A DNA stretch of 64,000 nucleotides from Mobula hypostoma. Its lineage: Eukaryota. Under the pieces are notes generated by a model. The model was given only the letters and a program-made list of their open reading frames with translations, searched no databases and was not told the origin of the DNA. The translations under genes and the position numbers were made by a program. This document shows positions 49,928 through 62,231 of the stretch, piece after piece. The DNA lies in NCBI RefSeq assembly GCF_963921235.1, contig NC_086107.1, positions 108,688,001 to 108,752,000 of the forward strand. The letters are read 5' to 3'. Position 1 is the first letter of the stretch, and every line of letters starts with the position of its first letter.

Positions 49928-50894
49928 CAGGATGATTGGTCCTGAGCCTGGTGGTGTGGGACCCAAGGCTTCTGTATCTCCTTCCCGATGGTAGTAGCAA
50001 GAAGACAGCATGGCCCAAATGGTGGATGATAGACACTGCTTCTTTCTTGTGCCAGCGCTCCATGTAAATGCACTCGATTGTGGGAAGGGCTCTGCTTGTG
50101 ATGGGCTGGGCTGTGATGACCACTTTCTGTATTGTTGGGGGTCTGACCTCTCTGGCAGGTTTGAATACATAAAACAACTGAAGCTTAACTGCACTGTAGG
50201 TGGTTTCATTTCTCAGCGAGGCTCCTATCAGTGACCACTAACCTCTAACCTTCCTCTGCTCTGAGGAGACCACTGCCAGATTTGCAATTCTCTTCTTGCG
50301 ACTGAATTTCCTGGTCCATCCCTTCTCCCTGTCTGTAAATGAGGCAATTTTCCTTTCAGATCAATTAACAGAGCCCCAGGGCAGTATGGCGAAGAGTCGA
50401 GGACTTTCCCAAGATATCCCGCAGCCAGCACAAATCACCAACCGAACAACAGCTTTCTCTGCACGATTTTGTTCAGGATTACGTACATCTCTACGGTGAC
50501 CAACCCTGAAAGGAATGGAAGCTATGCAAATTCAGGCCTTTTTCATTTGACCATTACGAACACTGCTCAATCCGACAGTCAGGGAGAAGGGATTCACAGC
50601 AGCAAAACGGGAAACTCTGTCACACGGAGAGAGTTGCAAGGCTGTCGGTGGTCTCCTCAGAGCAGAGTGACGATAGGGATGGGGGCTGGGGGGTTATTGA
50701 CAGTAGCCATCAAAATGTTTCACACAAGAGAAACTGAAACCGTTCCCATCAGTACAACCACAAACTGGGAAAAGAACCAACAGCCTGATGCAAGAAAACA
50801 CTGTAACAATTCTGTAATTCCATGAGATGTGTGGATGGAAGGATGCATTGCTTTACATTGCCTCTTAGCCTTCACAGAAGAGAGATTTATCTAC

Positions 50895-51009
50895 CTCCAG
50901 GCACCCTTTGCACCTTGAAGCGATTTCGTATTATCTGAAGGATGGTGAATATTTAGCCTGAAGCCTTTATAAAGCATCCGGAGATTCTTTGGCAAATGAT
51001 CTAAATGTC
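50895..51009 (-). CDS. Candidate exon (GHLDHLPKNLRMLYKGFRLNIHHPSDNTKSLQGAKGAW)
   Basis: GTGTCCCCTCAAG| ... GAG|GTAGAT; phase 1 to 2; open frame in unique DNA. Confidence 0.4.
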
Positions 51010-51591
51010 CTTGAGGGGACACACATCATTCATAAGAAACACGGGAACACTGAACCAATTGCCAGCAGAAGTGACTGAGGCAAGTACATTATCAACAGGT
51101 AAAAGGTGCTCAGACAGGTACATGGATAGAGGGATACAGGATAAACGTGGGCAATGGGACTAGCTTAGATGGGCGTGGACTGGTTGAGGTGAAAGTCCCG
51201 TTTCTGCGCTAAGATGCACCATTCAAGAAGCAAGTTTATTTATCACTTGTACCTCGAAACACGCAGTGAAACGTGCTGGCTGTGTTAACAACCAACACAC
51301 CCGAGGGTGCGCTGAAGGCCACCTGCCCGCAGGTGGCACTACACATTCTGGTGCCAACGTATCCTGCCCACAAAGCTCGGTAGGACAGTGCTGCTGAACA
51401 CAACAATCAACAAGACAACAACAGGGAAACAAGCTTCATGTCACTCACCTACCAATGCGCAGACATATATGTCCGTCCTATACATACATATACATATCCA
51501 CTCAGTGGCCACATTTCTAGATACATCTGTAGACCTGCTTATTAATGCAAAATTCTAATCAGCCAATCATGTGCAGCAATTCAATGCATAC

Positions 51592-51641
<50 letters not shown>

Positions 51642-52570
51642 CAATGTGGTAAATATAATATGGGTAATAAGATAATGCCCTGTGAATACCCTATAATATT
51701 ATATGATGATTTTATATTTTATATGCTGTCATAGTGCATCACATATTATAAATATTAATGTATACTTCTATGACTGATTGAGGCCTCCGTCATTCAGGGT
51801 TAACTATGGATTTTGCGTCCTAGCTGTCTATGTGATACACAAGCCTGGACAGTACAATATGGAGAGCAAGCTGTTGCCCATGTTGCAGGCTCCCCCTCTC
51901 CACACCTGATGAACCCAAAGGAACGGCAGAGACCGATGCAGTTTGGTACCAGCAGCATCGCAGGAGTTGCCAGTCAGCATTGAACTCAATGTAGGACTGC
52001 CTTAGGGACCCCAGCTCTGGATTTTTCCCTCGGGGTTTTATCCCAAAGCCTCCCCCATGAGTGGGTACAGCCGCAAGGCAGTGAAAGTTTGAGATCAGAG
52101 TTTTCCTTCTCCTAGATGAGCTGCCAACCACAGCTGATGAGCCCCATCTGCCCGAAGTGACTGGTTCTAAGGCACCAGTAACCCACCTTTGCACCTTCAC
52201 CTGTCAGTTGAAATAGTTCTGCTGGGCTTAGTAGCTAAGCTACACATGATGGCCAGGAGCTGGACTTAGTTGTCAGAGGCTATTTGGGAACCACAGAACA
52301 CTGCAGCACAGAAAACAGGCCATTCGGCCCTTCTAGTCTGTGCCAAAACATTATTCTGCTAGTCCCATTGACCTGCATCCAGTCCACAACCCTCCAGACC
52401 TCTCCCATCCATGTACCTATCCAATTTATTCCTAAAACTTAGAGTGAGCCCACATTTACCACATCAGATGGCAGCTCATTCCACACTCCCACCACTCTCT
52501 GAGTGAAGAAGTTCCCCCTAATGTTCCCCCTTCACCCTAAAGCCATGTCCTCTCGTATTTACCTCTCCTC

Positions 52571-52839
52571 TCTTGTGAATTTTTTTAGTATAATTTCTTT
52601 TCTTGCTGGCGGTTTGATGTTTATTTTTAGAAGCTTTTTGTATGATGCATGGCTCCGGGGTTGTACACCTAATGGGTTCTCTTTTTTTTTCTCATTTTTC
52701 TGCTCAGTAGGTTTTTCCTGTTATCACAAAATTTTGTTTTCAATCTTTAAGATGATGGTTTTTTTTGAGGCATTGTAAGTATTGTTACTTCGATGTACTC
52801 GTGTTATTTTTCCTATATATACAATAAAAAGATTTGCAA
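52571..52839 (+). mobile_element. L1-type 3' UTR fragment inserted in CR1
   Basis: 16-bp TSD GTATTTA(C/T)CTCTCCTC (52555-52570, 52840-52855); ends AATAAAAAGATTTG like the L1 at 24988. Confidence 0.8.
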
Positions 52840-53500
52840 GTATTTATCTCTCCTCATCTAAGTGAAAGGAGCCTATTCACATTTACTCTGTCTATACCCC
52901 ACATAATTTTGTAAATCTCTATCAAATCTCCCCTCATTCTTCTACATTCCAAGGAATGAAGTCCTAACCTGTTCAATCTTTCCCTGTAACTCAACTCCTG
53001 AAGACCTGGCAACATCCTAGTAAATCTTCTCTGCACTCTTTCAATCTTACTGATATCCTTCCTATAGCTAGGTGACCAGAACTGTGCATAATACTCCAAA
53101 TTTGGCCTCACCAATGTCCTATACAACCTCCCCATAACATCTCAACTCCGATACTCAATACTTTGATTTATGAATGCCAGGATGCCAAAAGTCTTCTTTA
53201 CAACCCTGTCTACCTGTGACGCCACTTTCCGGGAATTATGTATCTGAACGCCCAGATCTCTTTGTTCCTCTGCAGTCCTCAGTGCCCTACCATTTACTGT
53301 GTATGTCCTACCTTGATTTGTCCTTCCAAAATGCAACATCTCGCACTTGTCTGCATTAAATTCCATCTGCCATTTTCTGGCCCATTTTTCCAGTTGGCCC
53401 GGGTCTCTCTGCAAGCTTTGAAAGCCTTCCTTGCTGTCCACAACGCCTCCAATCTTAGCGTCATCAAACTTGCTGAACATCTAATAGGTCGTGGGAGTTT

Positions 53501-56500
53501 CCAGGCTTCACACGTTAGGTAGACAAGCCCTGAGTGTCGTGGGTCTACGGCAGTTCTTGCGGCGTGCTCGCAAGCCTCCCTACCCATTGTTGGACATCCT
53601 CAACCGCCTTTGCAGCCGTTGGGAGATGTCTCCTCTTCCGCCTGCTCCGCCGTTGGGATGATCACCTAGTGGCCCCTCACTTGTTTTCGCCCGCTAGCTG
53701 CTCCACCTTCGCCGGGTCCTGCAGCTGCTCCCGACCGTACCAGGCGGCGGCGGTCGCCAGCTCCAGGCCTCGGGCCTCGCCCCCTCCGCCTCGCCTTATA
53801 CCTGTGGAACTCAGTCTCTCCGTGTCAAGTATTCTAAGTTTTACTTCAGCACCGCGGTTTACCTGCGTAATTACGTCTCCCCGTGCCAAGAGAGGTTTTG
53901 CCTGCCGCTTTCCTTTCTACGCTCCGTGTCAGGATAGTTCTGCCTACCTTCTGCTTCCCTGAACACCTTCCTGTTTGCCGTTAACACTCACACCCTCGTC
54001 TACTTCCTAACTTAACCTCCGGGCCTCATTTCTTGCAACACAACGACTTAATCTGCGCGCATCTCCAAATCCACGTGAGCCACCGGCGCGGAAGAAACCA
54101 TCACTGGTTCAACGGGCAGAAAGGCGATTCTCAGCAATGCGTCGTGGAGCGCTAAGAGGGCACAGTGAGACACACAGAACACTGCTGGCCATCCACTGCA
54201 TCCTGACCTATCTCCAGCCGTCTCGACTATGTCTTGCCACTGGGTCCAGATAGGCCGGGACGAGAGAGTGAGGCTGACGACCTGCGCAACTCTCCCTCAC
54301 TTTAATCCAAGTCAAGCGCAAGTCATGACTTCAAACCCAATGCGGAAGAAAGTGATGGTGCTCAACCTTGGCACATGGAACGTGAGAACTCTGCGAGATA
54401 ACATCAAGGCAGACAGACCAGAGAGAAGAACTGCACTGGTTGTAAACGAGCTAGCTCGCTACAACGTGGACATAGCAGCTCTCAGTGAAACGCGCCTAGC
54501 AGACAAGGGCCAGCTGACAGAACGTAGTGGTGGATACACGTTCTTCTGGAGCGGTCGCAGCAGCGCTGAACGTCGAGAAGCAGGCGTGGGATTTGCCATC
54601 AATTCTAACCTCGCCCGTAAACTCACCAAGCACCCAGAGAGCATCAACGACCGCCTGATGACACTTCAGCTCCCACTTGCAAACAAGAAGAGTGCTACGC
54701 TGATCAGTGCCTACGCTCCCACCATGACCAACCCAGGTGACATTAAAGACAAGTTCTATGAAGAACTCGACGCCCTCATCTCAGCAATCCCACAGTCAGA
54801 GAAGCTCATCATTCTCGGGGGCTTCAATGCCAGAGTAGGGACAGACTACCAAACCTGGGAAGGGATCATTGGAAGACACGGCACTGGCAAGTGTAACAAC
54901 AACGGCCTTCTGCTCCTCAAGACATGTGCCACACACGACCTTGTCATCACCAACACCCTGTTCCGCCTACCCACCCGTAAGAAGACAACATGGATGCACC
55001 CACGCTCGAAGCACTGGCATCTGATTGACTACATCATCACCAGGAAGAGGGACGGGATGGATGTCAGAGTGACGAGAGCCATGTGTGGTGCCGACTGCTG
55101 GACCGACCACCGCCTCATTGTGTGCAAGTTCAGGCTTCGCATTCTGCCCATGAGAAGACCCCAAGGGCAGAAGACTGCAAAAAGGCTGAATATCTCCAAG
55201 CTGAAAAGCAGCAGGGTTGCAGAAGAACTCGTCGATGACCTTGAAGGCAGACTGCCAGACACACCACAGGGAAACCAGCATTGAGGAACAGTGGACGGCC
55301 TTCAGAGACCCTGTCTACACTACCGCCCTCGAACATCTCGGACCAGCAACCCGAAGAAACCAAGACTGGTTCGATGAGAATGATGAAGAAATACAGGCAC
55401 TACTAACGGAGAAACATCAATATTACAGAGCACATCAGAACGACCCCACGTCGCTAGCCGAGAAAGATGCCTTTACCAACGCAAGAAGAAAGGTGCAGAA
55501 AACACTTCGCGAGATGCAGGACAGCTGGTTCAGCAAGAAGGCCGATGAAATCCAGGGCTATGCAGACAGCCACGACATAAAGCGCTTCTAGGATGCGCTT
55601 AAGGCTGTATACGGACCCCAGTCCTTCGGCTCCTCACCTCTCCTCAACGCAGATGAGACGCAGCTGCTGACAGAGAAGAAGCAGATTCTGGATCGGTGGG
55701 CTGAGCACTTTAACAACGTCCTTAACCGCCCTGCCGACATCAACGACGAGGCCATTGCCCGCCTGCCCCAGGTAGAGATCAACAAGAACCTTGACACCCT
55801 CCCCACAGTAGATGAAGTCAGGAAGGCAGTGAAGCAACTCTCCTGTGGCAAAGCGCCAGGACCCAATGCAATCCCTGCTGAGGGATACAAAGCAGGAGGC
55901 CCTGTCATGATGCAAAAGCTGACTGTGCTCTTCCAGTCCATGTGGAAAAAGGGACAGATCCCGCAACAGCTGAAAGATGCCAGCATAGTCCACATCTACA
56001 AGAGGAAAGGCAACTGCCAGTCTTGCGACAACCACCGAGGCATCTCCCTCTTGTCCATTGCGGGGAAGATTCTGGCCCGTGTCCTGCTCAACCACCTTCT
56101 CCAACATCTTGAGCAAGGTCTGCTCCCAGAAAGCCAGAGCGGCTTCCGTGCTGAACGTGGGACCGCGGACATGATTTTTGCTGCGCGCCAACTCCAGGAA
56201 AAATGCCAGGAGCAACACAGCGACCTCTTCGTGACCTTTATCGATCTAACCAAGGCTTTCGATATGGTCAGCAGAGAAGGCTTGTGGAAGATCATGGAGA
56301 AGTTTGGCTGCCCCAGCAAGTTCATCACAATCGTCCGGCAGTTCCACGACGGTATGATGGTGAAAGTTCTGGATGACGGCGACGAGTCGGAGGCCTTCCC
56401 AGTGACAAATGGCGTCAAACAAGGCTGCGTTCTTGCCCCGACTCTGTTCAGTATGGTATTCTCTACCATGCTGACAGATGCCTTCCATAACTACGAAGAA

Positions 56501-57616
56501 GGAATCCACGTCAGGTACAGGACTGACAGCAGGTTGTTCAACCTTAGGCGCCTGCAGGCAGTTACAAAGGTGCGAGAAACTGTCATCAGAGACTTCTTGT
56601 TTGCTGATGACTGCGCATTCAACACCAGCACGGAGCAGGAGATGCAGCGTGAAATGGACTGCTTCTCACAAGCCTGCGACAACTTCGGTCTCACTATCAG
56701 CACCAAAAAGACCGAAGTTATGTACCAGCCTGCCCCAGGAAAGCCATACCAGGAGCCGCGCATCACGGTGAAGGGCCAGAACCTCCAGGCAGCTGACAAC
56801 TTCACCTATCTGGGCAGCAGACTCTCTCACGCAGTGAATATAGACGCTGAGGTCAACAACAGGATTGCCAAAGCCAGCGCCGCCTTTGGGAGACTCCGTG
56901 AGAACGTCTGGGAGCGGAGAGGACTCAGCCTTACCACCAAGCTGCAGGTCTACTGTGCAGTGGTCCTTACCACCCTCCTTTACGCCAGCGAGACCTGGAC
57001 TGTCTACAGCAGACACGCCAAATAGCTCAACCACTTTCACCTGAGCTGTCTCCGCAGACTCCTCTACATCAGGTGGCAGGACAAAGTCCCCAACACGGAA
57101 ATCCTGGAACGAGCTGGGCTCTGCAGCGTCTACACCCTCCTGCTGAAAGCCCAAGCCAGGTGGGCTGGACATGTGGTCAGAATGCCAGACAGTCAATTGC
57201 CTAAGCAGCTGCTGTACGGAGAACTGTGTCAGGGCAAGCGCTCAGTCGGGGGTGGGGGGCAGAAGAAACGTTACAAAGACTGCCTGAAAGCGTCCCTCAA
57301 AGGCCTGGGTGTCGATATCAACGCGTGGGAGACACTTGCACTCGACCGTCCAGCTTGGCGCCCAAGATCACCGCAGGAGCCCGTGCAGCTGAAGTCAGGC
57401 GCATCATCGAGGCGCAACGAAAGCGTGTTGTGCGCAAGGCCCCAGCAGCATCCACTGCCATGACAGCACCCACCCACTTGTGTCCCACATGCGGGCGAGC
57501 CTTCAGGGCCCGGATTGGCCTCATCAGTCACCTCCAGACCCGCAGCCACTAATCTCCCATTTGACTCTGAAGCCATGGTCATCTTCGACTACGAAGGACG
57601 AACAACAACAACAACA
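53501..57616 (+). mobile_element. Near full-length RTE-clade LINE insertion (4116 bp)
   Basis: 10-bp TSD GTGGGAGTTT (53491-53500, 57617-57626); (ACA)n tail; single APE-RT ORF. Confidence 0.95.
54325..57552 (+). pseudogene. RTE endonuclease-reverse transcriptase ORF with a few disablements
   Basis: GTWNVRTL, ALSETR, AYAPT, IDYII, TDH (APE); HRGISLLSIAGK, DLTKAFD, GVKQGCVLAP, FADD (RT); C-terminal CPTC..F....GL.SH; frameshift near 55270, stops at 55588 and 57023, further frameshifts near the 3' end. Confidence 0.92.
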
Positions 57617-57637
57617 GTGGGAGTTTATCCCCATTAC

Positions 57638-57676
57638 CATCCTGGCTATAACAACCTTTTGGAAATTCCTTTATGG
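57638..57676 (-). CDS. Candidate 39-nt exon (xIKEFPKGCYSQDG)
   Basis: TTTATATCCTGCAG| ... ATG|GTAATG; phase 1-1; joins in frame to 51009. Confidence 0.3.
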
Positions 57677-58189
57677 CTGCAGGATATAAATATGCAGGCT
57701 GCGTCATCATTAGAATTCAAGGTCTTGCACTCCTGGTGAGAACAAGCCCTTGGTCCACTTCACTTGAATGAGGCCAGCAGTCTCTCCTGTATTTCACTGC
57801 CTGGATCACCGCTGTCCCATTCAGTTCTTCCCAGCAGAATCCATTGTTCCAATAATGCACAAGCCCCCTCCCTTCAAACTTGTCCTCATGTCTACTGTCT
57901 CTGCATTAACCTGCATCAAATCCTGTTCACCCATTTCCCTTAGGTGCAAGTGATGTGAAATTTCTAAGATTTTTATTTCATCCCCAGCCTCCCTTCTCCC
58001 TACTTCCATGCTCTTCAGCTCTATGCAATCTAATTCCATTGAACAATGAGGTTTTGCTTCCTAAATACTTTTGGGTGTATTTTATGGATTTTGGGCTGTT
58101 GATCATGAAAATCACCATGAAATTTCCCTGTCACACACACCACTGTTTTTTTTGAAATAGTCTATATTTGTTATTTCAAATCATAATTC

Positions 58190-58832
58190 AAGTCAGAATA
58201 TTTGTTGCCAAGATTAAGGAAGGCATTTTTGTTGGTCCACAAATCAAACAGGCAATTTTAAGAACTTCTACTGGGACCAGGGAAAATCACATGGAAGGCA
58301 TTCAAGTTCATTGTCGAAAATCTTCTTGGCAACCACAGAGCACCAAACTACATGCAGCTGGTTGATAAGATGCTTCAGGCATACAAAACCATGAAGTGCA
58401 ACATGTCACTAAAGATTCATTGTCTGCATTCTCATTTCGACTTCCTCCCTGCAAATCTTGGCATTGTCAGTGACGAGCATGATGATAGGTTTCATCAGGG
58501 CATTGTGGTCCTGGCGAAATGGTATCGGGGCAACTGGAATCCATCAATGCTGGCTGATTATTGTTGGACACTTAAGCAAGAAGCCTCAGACATGGAGTAC
58601 AAATGAAAACTTTGAACAGAACATTTTTAGCTTAGTTGAACTATTACAAAGCATCAGCGTCGATATGCAATTAAACGCATTATGTTTCAATAAAAGTTAA
58701 TTTCCTGTTTCCCCAAATTCCTATGTGATACAAGTAGTCTGAAATTATATTCGTGTTCAGCTTCAAGCTCTTTATCGTAAACAAATATAATTTCAGAGGA
58801 AGCAATACTTCCAAAAAACGTATTGTCCATTG
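58190..58832 (+). mobile_element. Chapaev3-like (CMC) DNA transposon 3' remnant
   Basis: KIKEGIFVGPQI...MSLKIHCLHSHFDFLPANLG.VSDEH.DRFHQ...W.PSMLADYCWTL; terminus TTGTCCA(T)TG. Confidence 0.8.
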
Positions 58833-59444
58833 TTCTCTGCCCTTCCCATATTGATAGATAGGACAGGTAGCCCTAGGTTAGAAATGTCAAATACTAGAGG
58901 GCCTAGGTCAAATGTGAGAGGGGAGAGGAAGTTTAAAGGACAATTACAGGGCAACATTTTTTACATGAGAGTGGTAGACACCTTGAAAGTGTTTCAAGGG
59001 GAGGTTATGAAGGCAGATCCTAGAGCAATAAATAAGAGACATTTAGACAGGCCCACGAGCAGGCAGGGTGAGAGTTATGGAACTTGCGTAGGTTTACTTT
59101 TAGTTAGCCTAATGGATGGCAAATACATTGTGAGCTGAAAGACCTCCTCCTGTGCAAATCTTCTGCCAACTGAGGCCCAAGTTTGGGAATTTCCTCCCCC
59201 TCACCATCACCACTCACACTCCTTAAAACCTACCCTTTAAATCACCCATGATGTCTGCCCCAACACCTCCTGAACTGTCTCACTTAATTTTATAATGCAG
59301 TGGCCACAGATCTCCCAGAACCCAGCTTCAATTCTGACCACGGGTGCTGTCTGTGTGGTGTTTGCAAGTTCATTTTTGGGTTTCCCATGAGGGTTCCAGT
59401 TTCTTCCCACAACCCAAAGATTTTCAAATTCATAGATCAATAGG

Positions 59445-60272
59445 TGTGAAGGAGAGTGCTCGGTAAACACACTCCTCGCACGTGCTCACCTACACACACA
59501 CACACGCAAACATTGCCTTGTCACTCTGCTGTCGTTGCGCTGAGTGTGTGCACTTCAATGTCTTCCCCCCAGTATATTCTCATAATGGGTCATAAACCGA
59601 GCTGATGTGTTCAGGTTGGCTTGGTGGTGACTTTCCAGCGGAATATTCTCTTTCTTTAGTAAAGGTGGGTATGTAAATGTGTATATGTTGTTCCATCAGC
59701 TCCAATCCCCGTGGTTTCCATGCCATTGGAATTAGTTGGTTGATTTGTGAAGTATCGTGTGCTTCTTGGAGTGCAACATCAAGTACACGTTAAACAAATA
59801 CACGTACAGACGTCTTCGCCCTGTGGACCACTTCTTCGGAACAAAGAGCATCATCCTCGACCTCAGGGGATAGCCACCACATATGTTGTTCGTATACTGT
59901 ATCTAAGGTGGATATTTTTGTTTACTTTGTAAAATATTTGTAAGTACATTGTGGGGTGTATTATATTCTAATTCATGTGCAGTCTTAAGTTAACTTTTTG
60001 TTGGTAATTAAAGACGGTATGTCCTGGTGTCTAATGGGACTCATCACTGACAGTGGGAGAGAGAGATCGGGACTGCTGGGGTATATACTGGACAAAATAG
60101 TATGGAGCTATAATTGTGTTTTCTGGTGGCTATCTTTTGTCAGTTTTCTGTTCGGCATTTTTGCTCATTTTTGTTATGTTTGGTGTTTGATGCACCTAAT
60201 AAACACTCTTACACTATAGTGCAAAGCAACTCCAGCCATTTTTTACCTTTTGTCACAACAGACGCATCTACA
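59445..60272 (+). mobile_element. Solo LTR inserted in a V-SINE
   Basis: TGTG...TACA with 6-bp TSD AATAGG (59439-59444, 60273-60278); contains a 187-bp retroposon end (59694-59880) with 11-bp TSD ATATGTTGTTC. Confidence 0.85.
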
Positions 60273-61627
60273 AATAGGCAACTGTAAATTGTCCCAAGTG
60301 CAAAGGTAAATGGGTAGATTCTGGGTGGGGTTTGGAGGAAATGTGCAGAAAACTAATTGGGAATGGTGTAAACTGGTTTTATAGGTTGGAATGGAATCTG
60401 TGGGCTGAATGGCCTGTTTACTTGCTATGTGACTCTATGGCATCAATTACAATGGTAACTAGTCTTCAAAAGAAGAAACTTCCAAGTTCAAGTTTGTTGT
60501 AATTCAACCATACTCATCCATATTACCAAGTCAATGCTCCTCTGGACCAAGGTGCACGGCACAGTACATATAATTCACACACCCAACACATAAAGTAATA
60601 TTACCCCAAATAAATTCACAAATAATAGGGTGCACTTACGACACAAGTTAAAAAGTAAACAGTGTAATGCTACTGGCGCTTTTTTACGTGCTATGTTTCT
60701 GTAAAACTTTTTGGGATAAAAGAAGCGAGCTGTTGGATGAATTCAATGGGTCTGGCAGCTTCTGGGGTGGGAAACAGGCAGCTGATGTTTCCAGTTCAGA
60801 TCTAGATAAAACAACTCAGCCTGAAATGATGATAGTCAACTTCCCTCCACAGATGCCATCTGACCCACTGAATTCTCAAGCTCCTGGATTTTAGTACCAG
60901 ACTTCAGCATCTCCAGTTTCTCCATCTCCAAACTCTTCAGGATCTCCAGTGGGTACGGAGGATCCTATTGTAGGTGAGCCCTCCCAGAATGAATGAGCAT
61001 TGTTTACCCCTCAACCAACATCACTAAAACGAGCCCTCTGGTCATTATGGCACTGCTGACTGTGTGATCCTCGTGTGCACAAAATGGCTGCCAGGTTTCC
61101 CACAATGCACCAGTGACTGCCCTCTATAAAGTCCTTGACCAGCTGCTAAGGGCTTTGGAAAGACTGGCAGGGATGTGAAAGGCACTACTGAAATGAAAGG
61201 CTTGGTATTTTCTTACCACACCTGCTATTTTAGTATGCAGACACTGTTCAAATTCACAGAAAATCCTTTGGAAATTTACAATTCACTTGTGTTTAAAAAC
61301 TAAATACCAATCATGTGAATCCAGCTACAAAAGATTTTTCTTAATAATATGCTGAGCAGCTTGGCTTAAGCCCTACTTTAATGGATTTTAAAGAACTGTG
61401 ATGTAGGAAGCTTGCTGTGAAATGGACACACTTTTCCCTGTGATCTAACCAACAGCTACAGCACCGTGACACTTGAATGGAGCCGGTCTCAGCTAAATCA
61501 CATGCCAGTATAAAGATCACTCCCTCAAACACAATGAGGAAAGGGCTCCTGATCTGATGTTCCATCATTCCCATCCCATCAGGACCTACATAATATATAG
61601 AACATAACAGGACTGTGCAGGCCCTTT

Positions 61628-62231
61628 CATCAAACAAGTCAACAAATTCAAATATCTTGGCAGCCTAATAATAAGTAACGGCAGGTGCGACACAGATATC
61701 AAATACAGAATAGCAATGGCGAAAGAAGCTTTCCAAAAAATGAAGGCCATATTAGCAGACAGAAAGATGAGCACGTACACTAAAAACAGAATACTGCAGT
61801 GCGACATTTATTCTATCCTGACTTATGGAAGTGAATGCTGGACCATTTCTCCAGCAATGGAAAAGAGACTAGAAGCAGCTGAATTCTGGTTCTACAGGAG
61901 AATGTTAAGAATATCATGGACCACCCACACATCAAATGAAGAAGTTCTCAGAAGAGCCCAAGCAGTTCGATCACTCATACCAACAATAAGAGAAAGACAA
62001 CTCAGGTTCCTAGGACACATCATGCAGAAAGATGAACTAGAATAACTCATACTCTCTGGAAAGATTGAGGGGAGTAAACCTAGAGGAAGACCTCGGCTTA
62101 TGTGCATCAAAAGCATAGCCAGGTGGCTACACATCGAGGAAATGGAAATCATCCAAAGAATGAAGGATAGATCTATATGGAAAACCATGGTCACCAACGT
62201 TCGCATTGGATATGGTACCTAGACAGACAGA
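61628..62231 (+). mobile_element. RTE (BovB-like subgroup) LINE 3' fragment
   Basis: FKYLGS..RIAMAKEAF..YGSECWT..RRMLRISW..GKIEG.KPRGRPR; (AGAC)n tail; 10-bp TSD CAGGCCCTTT (61618-61627, 62232-62241). Confidence 0.9.

Noticed and set aside
50360..50760. Ig/TCR V-like pseudogene (QSPRAV..KISRS; FHLTITNTAQSDS; GAGGLLTV; weak CACACAA-23-AGTACAACC RSS-like motif)
   Set aside because: Neither conserved Cys nor the WYxQ motif is intact, several frameshifts are needed and the RSS match is poor; an Ig V-set HMM search would be needed to revive it
49101..60272. Full-length 11-kb LTR retrotransposon bounded by the two sister LTRs
   Set aside because: The second LTR has its own TSD on both sides, the two are diverged, and no gag/pol lies between them
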